From contig DATDSY010000078.1 in the NCBI GenBank assembly GCA_035291125.1, positions 1 through 30,673 on the forward strand: DNA of 30,673 nt, written 5' to 3'. Under the pieces are notes generated by a model. It did no database searches, had not been told where the DNA came from, and worked only from the letters and a program-made list of their open reading frames with translations. The number at the start of each line of letters is the position of its first letter. Within the stretch, counting starts at the first letter, position 1. A program made the translations under genes and the position numbers. Origin of the DNA: Candidatus Norongarragalinales archaeon (GTDB taxonomy: Archaea > Micrarchaeota > Micrarchaeia > Norongarragalinales > Norongarragalinaceae). Positions 17,902 to 25,131 of the stretch are shown piece by piece.

Positions 17902-18162
17902 TGGGGTCACGGAGAATCGAACTCCGATTTGCAGGTTTCTTCAAGAGGAGGAGAAACCAAGGTTTCTCCTATCTACTCCTCTTCCTTTTCACTGGAGGAG
18001 GCAACTTTTCACGTCATCTTCGCTTTCGCGAATTCAGAGCTCCAGTCTCAAAAAGCTCACAGGCCGGCGGCAGTCCGCGGCTGCCGTGCAACCGCATTCT
18101 CCGCCAACCTCACAAAACCAAGTATACTGGAGCCTGCCGTAATGCCACTATACCATGACCCC
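17902..18162 (-). tRNA. tRNA-Trp(CCA) with an intron at 37/38
   Basis: Exon 1 (18162-18127): GGGGTCA TG GTAT AGTGGCA TTAC G GCAGG CT CCA G. Exon 2 (17936-17902): A CCTGC AAAT CGGAG TTCGATT CTCCG TGACCCC A. Acceptor, anticodon and T stems pair fully; the D stem has one T-T mismatch. CCA end is not fully encoded. Confidence 0.93.
17937..18126 (-). ncRNA. 190-nt tRNA-Trp intron containing a probable box C/D guide for C34 2'-O-methylation
   Basis: ACTGGAGC (18046-18039) is complementary to pre-tRNA G31-G37 plus the first intron base and lies 1 nt before CTGA (18037-18034). The N+5 rule points to C34. It is followed by a TTCGC-GAAA-GCGAA hairpin and a C'-like GATGA. Confidence 0.7.
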
Positions 18163-18231
18163 ATCCCAAGGCCAATTTAATACTTGATTCGGTTTAGTTT
18201 TATTAATTGCTTTTCAAGGGGTTTTTTGGGA

Positions 18232-18885
18232 ATGTTGGTGGCTGGCGCTGACGATTGCGGGAGAGGGTGCGTATTCGGCGGGATGTTCATATGCGCGTTT
18301 GCAATCGACGACTCCAAGGAGGGAGAATTGCGCAAGCTCGGCGTGAAAGATTCGAAAATGCTTTCGCCCGAAGCGCGCGAAAAACTCTACCCCAAACTAA
18401 TCAAGATGGGCGACTACGCAGTTGTAGAGTACAGCGCCGAGAAAATCACGATGCTCATGCGCCGCAAGGTTTCACTCAACACCATGGAAGCGGCAATGGT
18501 CGCGGAAGCTTTGTCGCTGTTGCGCGAGAGGCCGAAGAAAGTTTTCGTCGACTCGCCTGACCCCGACCCGCATACTTTCGAACGCCGCATCCGCAAGTTT
18601 TTCGACCACGAAATCGAATTCGTTTGCGAAAACAAGGCCGACGTCAAATATCCAGTCGTTTCCGCCGCGTCCGTAATCGGGAAAGTGCTGAGGGACAACC
18701 AGATTGAGCGCTTGCACAAGGAAATCGGGGATTTCGGAAGCGGCTATACGCACGACCCGCGCACCGTCGCTTTTCTCAAGAAAAACTTTGACCGGCTGGA
18801 AGTGCAGAAGCACTTGCGCCAAGAGTGGAGCACCATCAAAAAGAACCATGCGCCCGCAGGGCAGGCGAAGCTCGGCGATTTCTAG
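18232..18885 (+). CDS. rnhB: Ribonuclease HII
   Basis: GADDCGRGCVFG (variant of GxDEAGRGP), GVKDSKML, VFVDSP, KADVKYPVVSAASVIGKVLRD, DFGSGYTHDP. Confidence 0.9.
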   Translation: MLVAGADDCGRGCVFGGMFICAFAIDDSKEGELRKLGVKDSKMLSPEAREKLYPKLIKMGDYAVVEYSAEKITMLMRRKVSLNTMEAAMVAEALSLLRERPKKVFVDSPDPDPHTFERRIRKFFDHEIEFVCENKADVKYPVVSAASVIGKVLRDNQIERLHKEIGDFGSGYTHDPRTVAFLKKNFDRLEVQKHLRQEWSTIKKNHAPAGQAKLGDF

Positions 18886-18954
18886 AAAAACAAAAAAAAG
18901 AATATTAGAAAAAGAAAAAATAGAAAAGAAAGAAAAAAATGAAAGGGGAAAAAC
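18886..18954 (-). terminator. Long oligo-T tract on the minus strand between convergent genes; probable terminator
   Basis: 69-nt A-rich stretch on the plus strand, read as repeated U runs after the stop of 18955-19644. Confidence 0.45.
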
Positions 18955-19644
18955 TCAAACGAGTTTTTCCAAGTCGTCTTCCTTCTTCTTTGCCACGCGG
19001 GCAACAGAGTCCTTCATTCCCAGGCCGATCGCTATTGCGAGACCCAAGCCGAATGCCAGGGACAGGGAGCCGAGCAACAGCAGGAAGGCCGTGCGCAGCA
19101 AGCTCGCGTCAGCGTTGGGAAGGAACAAAGGCAAGGCGATGACTACTGCAGTGTAGACGATAAACGCCTCGACGACCCAGCCCACGAGATTGCGGAATGG
19201 AATGCTAGAGCGCTTGATCATGTCCGTAAGGTAGTCGCCAGCGAGCAGCGCAATTATGAGGATTGCAACTCCCTGCACGAACATAGGCACGTAGCCCACG
19301 AACCACCGCACTAATTCGCCCAGAAACACCAGGCTGGTTATTTCAGCGGCTATTCCCAAAAACACGGCCAGCGTCAAGAGCTTGAGGACTTTGCTCAAAA
19401 GGTCTGTGAGCGTAAAGCCCATGAGCGCGTCGTGCAAGCCCCTCTTGCGCAATTCTTTCTCCATGCCGATTTGCGCGAGAAAGTGGTGCAAGAGCGAGAT
19501 GAGGAACATTGCCACTATCCAGCCTATGCCCAAAAACACTATTAAAATCAGAACGTCGAGAAGCCCGAACAGGAAATTAGTAAAGGCCGACCCCAACGCC
19601 ATAATAAGCCTGGAATACAACACGTCTAAAACCAAACCAATCAC
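18955..19644 (-). CDS. Polytopic membrane protein with conserved TM-helix repeats (MscS/CmpX-associated TM_helix type)
   Basis: Repeated units ...LILIVFLGIGWIVA... and YVPMFVQGVAILIIALLAG; ends SLAFGLGLAIAIGLGMKD. Confidence 0.65.
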   Translation of the reverse strand: MIGLVLDVLYSRLIMALGSAFTNFLFGLLDVLILIVFLGIGWIVAMFLISLLHHFLAQIGMEKELRKRGLHDALMGFTLTDLLSKVLKLLTLAVFLGIAAEITSLVFLGELVRWFVGYVPMFVQGVAILIIALLAGDYLTDMIKRSSIPFRNLVGWVVEAFIVYTAVVIALPLFLPNADASLLRTAFLLLLGSLSLAFGLGLAIAIGLGMKDSVARVAKKKEDDLEKLV

Positions 19645-19825
19645 CCCTATGCAAGCATTACAAAAACCCGCTTTAAAAAGGTTGCAGAAAGGGGGGCAAA
19701 GGCAAAGTTTATAAGGCGGCGGGGAAAGGAGTATTTATTACTATTTCTTGACGCGGAACATTTGCTTTCAGAATACATTCAAGCCAATTGATTTCGCACA
19801 AGGAAGAAGAGAGGTCGGTTTTTCA

Positions 19826-20215
19826 ATGGTCCAATACCACAAGCACTCGAGAACAAAGTCTTCAGGCAGCGGAGGCCTCAAGCGCAGGAACAGGAACAAG
19901 ACTCTCGCCAACTACGGCGGTTTCTTCTCGCGCTCGCACTTGAGCCAAAACGAAAAGGAGGACAGGAAGTCGTTCAACGTCATCGGCGGAGGGAGGAAAG
20001 TCGCTGCAGTAAAGCTGGCTTTCGCAAACCTCGTCGTCGAAGGCAAGACGAAGAAAGTCCGCATCAAAAACGTTTTGGAAAACCCAGCCAACCGCCACTA
20101 CGCGCGAGAAAACATCATCACCAAAGGCGCGATCGTGGAAACTGAGGCGGGCAAAGCGCGCATTACAAGCCGCCCAGGGCAAGACGGAATCGCAAACGCC
20201 GTTCTCGTAAAGTAA
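19826..20215 (+). CDS. rps8e: 30S ribosomal protein S8e (eS8)
   Basis: [70 protein letters not shown] before ATG 19826. Confidence 0.95.
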   Translation: MVQYHKHSRTKSSGSGGLKRRNRNKTLANYGGFFSRSHLSQNEKEDRKSFNVIGGGRKVAAVKLAFANLVVEGKTKKVRIKNVLENPANRHYARENIITKGAIVETEAGKARITSRPGQDGIANAVLVK

Positions 20216-20229
20216 ATTCAACGCTGAAG

Positions 20230-20457
20230 ATGAGTGAAATGCAGTTCAAGGTTTTAAGGAAGACCGCGAAAGGCAACCTCTTGCTTTCCCCTTTGGAGGA
20301 AGCGGACGCCTCAAAATTGGAAAACAAGCACTTGTTTTACCAGGGAAAGAAAGCGGCGGTTGTCTCTGACGTGATTGCAAGCGTGCAAAAGCCGCTTGTG
20401 CTCGCAAAACCTTCGGTCGAAGTGCCTGCCGAAGGAATTTTGGAAAGCAAAAGGTGA
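20230..20457 (+). CDS. gar1: Gar1/Naf1-family H/ACA RNP protein
   Basis: 75 aa with KKAAVVSDVIASVQKPLVLAK (cf. G.V.DVFGPV..PY). Directly upstream of tfb, the usual archaeal gar1-tfb order. Confidence 0.7.
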   Translation: MSEMQFKVLRKTAKGNLLLSPLEEADASKLENKHLFYQGKKAAVVSDVIASVQKPLVLAKPSVEVPAEGILESKR

Positions 20458-20464
20458 AATTAAA

Positions 20465-21364
20465 ATGAAGTGCCCGGATTGCTCAAGCAAAAAACTGAAA
20501 GTCAATTCCGAACGAGGGGAAACCGTATGCATAAACTGCGGCCTCGTGATTGAGGAAAACATGGTGCAGGAAGGACCCGAATGGAGGGCTTTCGACGCCG
20601 AACAACGCGCTTCTCGCGCACGCGCAGGCGCTCCGTTGAAGTACATGAACCCCAACCGCGGGCTCGTTACTGAAATCGACCAATACAATAGGGACACTCG
20701 CGGAGGCAAAATCGCCCCGGCGCAGCAAGCGCAGCTCTACCGCATGCGCAAGTGGCACAAGCGCGCTTCCATTTCCAACAGCATCGAAAGGAATCTCGCC
20801 ATTGCTTTGACCGAATTGAACCGAGTCGCTTCGCATCTGGGCTTGCCGGAAATAATCCGCGAAAGCTCTGCGCTGTTGTACAGAAAATGCGTAGAAAAAG
20901 GTTTGATTCGCGGAAGGCAAATCGAAAGCGTAGTTTCCGCAGTCATTTACGCAATATGCCGCAAGTACGGAATTCCCCGCACTCTCGACGAGATTTCTGC
21001 AGTCGCGGAAATACCTAAAAAGGAAATCGGGCGCACTTACCGCCTTATCACCCAGGAACTGGGCTTGAAGATTCCTTTGACCAACCCCCAATTCTACATC
21101 ACTCGCTTCGTAACCGCCCTCAAGCTTTCCGGCGCGACTCAAAAGAAGTCGCAGGAAATCCTCGAGCAAGCCATGCAAAAAGGCTTGATAAGCGGACGCG
21201 GGCCTATGGGAGTGGCTGCAGCAGCAGTGTACATTGCATCAGTGCTTACGGGAGAGCGCAGGACGCAGAAGGAAGTGGCAGACGTTGCAGGGGTTACGGA
21301 AGTCACCATCCGCAACCGCTAACGCGAGCTCAAGCGCGCGTTGCAGCTTAAGGTAAGCATCTAA
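20465..21364 (+). CDS. tfb: Transcription initiation factor IIB (TFB), with an in-frame TAA at 21320-21322
   Basis: Zn ribbon CPDC...CINC, GPEWRAFD, ERNLAIALTEL, two cyclin repeats, QKEVADVAGVTEVTIRNR*RELKRAL. The homologous frame continues past the TAA to a second TAA at 21362-21364. Confidence 0.93.
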
Positions 21365-21369
21365 GCGCC

Positions 21370-21462
21370 TTATAGCAGAAGGCAAAAATATTGGAACTTT
21401 TTCTGCCTTCTGCGACTAGCGAAAAGCTGCAAAATTTCAAGTATTTCCGCTTTTCGCTATTA
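21370..21462. repeat. Double-hairpin interspersed element, copy 1 (87 nt between TTA trinucleotides)
   Basis: Perfect stems GCAGAAGGCA/TGCCTTCTGC and TAGCGAAAAGC/GCTTTTCGCTA. Near-identical to 25031-25131. Confidence 0.85.
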
Positions 21463-22551
21463 AGCTGAAAGGATTTTTTTCAATTCTTTTATTCCGGCGT
21501 CAGTCTTGACTCCGGTAGGCGTGAAGTGCGTGCGCTCGGCCTTAAACCCTTCCCCGCGCAATTCTTCTAGAATCGACTCCATTTTCTTTCTCGCCGCAAG
21601 CCCGTAGTGGTCCGCGAAATAGTGCACGTCGTAAAACCACGGCGGAAAATCCTGCTCTTTTTGCAAAAGCGAAAGCATTTTCGCAATATGCTCTTTCTCC
21701 GCGTAACCCCTTTTTTCGTTTAGCGCCACGAGCGCGTTCAAAAACTTCTTGTCGCAATACGCATCAAGCCACAGCGGCCCGCCGTAAAGCAGGCGATTGC
21801 CGCACTTGCACTTCGCCTTCCTCCCCTCGAAACGGCTGAGGCAACGGTCGCAATACGAAACAAAGCCAATTTTCTTCGGCTCGGGCTTTTTCTTTTCCAC
21901 GCGCGCGATGATTTTCACGTGATACCCTTCGAAAAAGCAGAACAGGGGCGTAACGCGCAAGTTCATTTCCGCCGCTTTGCGCACTGCAAAGCCGAGGAGA
22001 ATTCGCAAGGCGGTCTCGTGCGAAAAATCGCAGTACAACGGCTTGGCGCCGTAATCGCGCAGCGTTGGCGCATTTTTCTTCACAACGTTGGCGAGGTCGG
22101 TCGACGTGAAGCTCAGCGTGCCCGGCTTTTTCAACGCCAACAGCGTCGATTCGATGAACGGGGCGGGAGTGCCGAACGGGTCTATCTCGGCGAAATCAAA
22201 CGCGTTTTCGTTGGCGAAGCAAAAGTCGTTGAAATCCTGGCAGAACGCTTTCGTTTTTGCTGAAAGCTTGTTGAGGGAAACGTTTTTTCGGATGTACGGA
22301 AACGCCAGCGGGTTGGCGTCAACGAGCACGAGTTTTTTTATCGACGGATTCTCTTTCGCGTAGCGTATGCCCCTCGCACCAGTGGAGCAAAGACCGTCAA
22401 GCATGCTTTTGGGCTTTAATACGGCGACGGCAAGCGAACCCACGCTGCGCGAGAAAGCCATGCGCGGGTTGAAAAACACGGTCGAACGGTGGGGGTTGGT
22501 AAAACTGAGTTTCGAGACGCAAAGCTCGGTTTCGCCTTCCTTGATGCGCAT
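21460..22551 (-). CDS. trm1: tRNA (guanine-26-N2) dimethyltransferase
   Basis: VFFNPRMAFSR, LDGLCSTGARGIRY, AEIDPFGTPAPF, TSTD, LRILLG, GPLW, THFTPTGVKTDA. Start is ATG 22551 or 22563. Confidence 0.93.
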   Translation of the reverse strand: MRIKEGETELCVSKLSFTNPHRSTVFFNPRMAFSRSVGSLAVAVLKPKSMLDGLCSTGARGIRYAKENPSIKKLVLVDANPLAFPYIRKNVSLNKLSAKTKAFCQDFNDFCFANENAFDFAEIDPFGTPAPFIESTLLALKKPGTLSFTSTDLANVVKKNAPTLRDYGAKPLYCDFSHETALRILLGFAVRKAAEMNLRVTPLFCFFEGYHVKIIARVEKKKPEPKKIGFVSYCDRCLSRFEGRKAKCKCGNRLLYGGPLWLDAYCDKKFLNALVALNEKRGYAEKEHIAKMLSLLQKEQDFPPWFYDVHYFADHYGLAARKKMESILEELRGEGFKAERTHFTPTGVKTDAGIKELKKILSA

Positions 22552-22625
22552 AGTTGGTTCCATGAAACGAAAAGGAAGCGAGCAATAAAATACGCTTGCG
22601 TGCAAAACGGTAGGGTGCAAGAAAA

Positions 22626-23960
22626 ATGATAAGGGGAAAAATCGTTGCGAAAACAATGTCCACCAACCCCGACTATACGCTCTTGACTCCCGAAGGGTGG
22701 GTTGGCGTGAGGCAAGAGTCGAGCGAAAGCGACTTCGCAATCGACGACATGGTTGAAGCGGACGGAGAAAACGCTTCGAGCGTAAAGAAAATAGCGAGCC
22801 CAGACCTTGAACGGAAAATAGAACAGTTTCTTGAAGCCAACTCCGCGCCGAAGAAGGCGAAGCCGCTCGTCGACGACGAAGCCATGCGCAGCTTCGCCCC
22901 GGCGGCCGAAAAGGCTGGAACGTTCGTGGCGAGAAAGCTCTTGCAGCTGACTCCCGCGCTCATCCGGTTCAACGACGACTGCGACGGGATTTCCGCAGGC
23001 ATTATCGTGAAAAAAGCGATTGAAAGCTTCATTGAGGAAAAGGCTATTCCTTTCCCGAAAGGGTTCTTGAAAAACAAGCAGTGCAACTCCGCGATTTACG
23101 ATTCGGGCGACGCCGCTTTCGATTGCGAAAGCATGAATTACACCCAGTACGGAAAAAAGCCGCTGCTTTTCCTATTGGATTTCGGCGCGAATGAAGAGAG
23201 CGTGGAAGGCCTGCGGGCTGCAAAGGAAAACTTTGAGGTCGCGGTTCTCGACCACCACGTGTATTCCGAAAATGCCAAGGAACTGGCAAGCGTTTTTTTG
23301 AATCCCCTGGAATTCGGCGGGACGTCGTCGCACACTACAGGAATGGTGGCGTATGAATTTGCGCAAAGGCTTTCATCCGCGGAGGAAAAATACGCTTTTT
23401 ACTCGATGCAGTCCGACAAAAGCGTTTTTTGGGATTCTGCCGAACGCAAGGAAGCGCTGGTGCTGGATTTTCTCGCGAACCAAAACCTTTCCTTAGAAAA
23501 GTACGAGCACTCTCTCGAAAGCGAAGTCCAATTCCATTATCTCGAGGCTACGGCTCGGCTCGACGCTGCGTTCGCCAAAGCGCTGCGCTCTGCAAAGGGA
23601 GAGGCGGCCGGAAACGCGCTGCTAGTGCAAGCCAATCTCGATGGAGTGACCGTGAAAAACGAGTTTCCACCGAAAGGAAAGGTCCTCAACAAAATCCAAG
23701 AGCATTTCGAAAAGCAGAACGCGCTTGCGGCTAGCGTGGGATTCGATTCCACAACCATCCAATTCCGAGTGAGCAAGCCCCTGCACGCTCGCGGGTTTAA
23801 AGCCACGAAAATAATTGGGCTGGTGAAAGGCGAGTTTTCTAGGATAAACGGGGGAGGGCACGAGCAGGCTGCCGCAATGCGGTTCGAAAAGGATTATGCG
23901 AAAGCGGTTTTGGAAAAAACGCTTGAGCTTTGCAGGAAAGAGCTCGTTACTCTGGCTTAA
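22626..23960 (+). CDS. DHH-family phosphoesterase, RecJ-like (resembles a shortened COG1107/HAN-type protein)
   Basis: RFNDDCDG, LLDFGANEES, VLDHH, LNPLEFGG..HTTGM and a DHHA1-type GGGHEQAAA. No Zn-finger Cys pattern is visible at the N-terminus. Confidence 0.75.
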   Translation: MIRGKIVAKTMSTNPDYTLLTPEGWVGVRQESSESDFAIDDMVEADGENASSVKKIASPDLERKIEQFLEANSAPKKAKPLVDDEAMRSFAPAAEKAGTFVARKLLQLTPALIRFNDDCDGISAGIIVKKAIESFIEEKAIPFPKGFLKNKQCNSAIYDSGDAAFDCESMNYTQYGKKPLLFLLDFGANEESVEGLRAAKENFEVAVLDHHVYSENAKELASVFLNPLEFGGTSSHTTGMVAYEFAQRLSSAEEKYAFYSMQSDKSVFWDSAERKEALVLDFLANQNLSLEKYEHSLESEVQFHYLEATARLDAAFAKALRSAKGEAAGNALLVQANLDGVTVKNEFPPKGKVLNKIQEHFEKQNALAASVGFDSTTIQFRVSKPLHARGFKATKIIGLVKGEFSRINGGGHEQAAAMRFEKDYAKAVLEKTLELCRKELVTLA

Positions 23961-24993
23961 TGAAAAAGCGCGCTACTAGCGCGGCTATCGCCAAAACCGC
24001 AATCAGCCCGAATATCGCGATCGCAGCGTTTGGCTGCTTGCTTTCCACCAGCTGCACTTCCTGGTTGGAGGCTACTGCAACGGGCTGCTTGAACTGGCCA
24101 AGCACCTGCCCTTTGTTCAACACAGGAGAATCCATTTTTACGGTCACTGAAGCGGTTTTTTGCTCGCCAGGCTGGATTCCGTCGAAAAACAGCGTGACGA
24201 GAACGCTGCCTTTGGTTACTGTGCATTCAACCGAACACCCTAGAACATCGTCCACCGATTGCGCCAATTCGGAAGGCAATTCCTGCTGTATAGCAATTGC
24301 GCCCGTAGGCCTATCTCCGGCGTTTTCCGCCTTCACGAAAAGAACCGATGCATATCCTTTCTCGCCGTTTTTCAGAGAAATTTCCACCACTCCGTACAAG
24401 TCGTAAGAATAAGCTATGCGCACCACATCTGTAGATTGCACGTTTTCTACCACGACAACGCTTTTCCTGCTTGAAGCCGGGGGTTCCAGCGGGAAAGCAA
24501 CGGTTGCAATGTCTTGCGAAGACTGAGTGAGCTTCAAGTTGTCCAACTGGAAATCGCCGGTCTTGCCCGGCGTGATAATCGCATAGTAATCGTTTGAAAT
24601 TCCTGCAGCGGGTTTCGCCGCGATTTCCGCGATTGAAACCGAACTCCCGACCGCCCCTCCGGCTGCCGAGGGAGGCGCTGAATCGGAAACCGTGTTTACT
24701 GCTGAAGGCGCTGCAGGCACTGCGACTGCAATGTCGGCTGGAACCGCGTCGTCTGCAGCGTCGGCGGAATCAGAATCAGCATCAAAACTCAACAAGGCTG
24801 AAGCGATTGCGTAAGGCGTGGGCGTAAGGTTGAAAAGCCAGTTCGGCCCCATGACGCCCAGCACGAAAACTAAAGCGAAAAGAGCGACCACCGGCAAGCC
24901 GGCTTTCTTCCTGCTTTTCAGGGCAAAAGCCAAGCCTAAAACCCCGGCAATCAATAGGGCGAGAAAAAAATAGTGTTGCGGTGAAAAAACCAT
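23947..24993 (-). CDS. Hypothetical membrane protein: two N-terminal TMs, low-complexity linker, beta-rich domain(s), C-terminal TM
   Basis: Hydrophobicity pattern read by eye; Ala/Asp/Pro/Ser linker; ELPSELA...DGIQPGEQKT segment resembling Ig-like units. Confidence 0.65.
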   Translation of the reverse strand: MVFSPQHYFFLALLIAGVLGLAFALKSRKKAGLPVVALFALVFVLGVMGPNWLFNLTPTPYAIASALLSFDADSDSADAADDAVPADIAVAVPAAPSAVNTVSDSAPPSAAGGAVGSSVSIAEIAAKPAAGISNDYYAIITPGKTGDFQLDNLKLTQSSQDIATVAFPLEPPASSRKSVVVVENVQSTDVVRIAYSYDLYGVVEISLKNGEKGYASVLFVKAENAGDRPTGAIAIQQELPSELAQSVDDVLGCSVECTVTKGSVLVTLFFDGIQPGEQKTASVTVKMDSPVLNKGQVLGQFKQPVAVASNQEVQLVESKQPNAAIAIFGLIAVLAIAALVARFFIKPE

Positions 24994-25030
24994 GAAAAAC
25001 TAAGTGCGCCGGCGGGTTTAAAAGTTTGGT

Positions 25031-25131
25031 TTATAGCAGAAGGCAAAAATATTGGAACTTTTTCCCTGCCTTCTGCGGCTAGCGAAAAGCTGCAAAAAAA
25101 AAAGGTCGGTTGGCTCCGCTTTTCGCTATTA
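25031..25131. repeat. Double-hairpin interspersed element, copy 2 (95 nt between TTA trinucleotides)
   Basis: Same two perfect stems as copy 1; only the second loop differs substantially. Confidence 0.85.

Noticed and set aside
21320-21322. Genome-wide TAA reassignment
   Set aside because: TAA ends many genes at their expected C-termini (nrdJ, rps8e, trm1, rps15), and no other in-frame stops were seen in conserved genes.
17805-22740. Long N-terminal extensions given by the ORF track (starts at 17879, 18184, 19748, 20375, 22740)
   Set aside because: Homology, TATA and RBS positions support later starts (17804, 18232, 19826, 20465, 22551/22563); some extensions overlap neighbouring genes or promoters.
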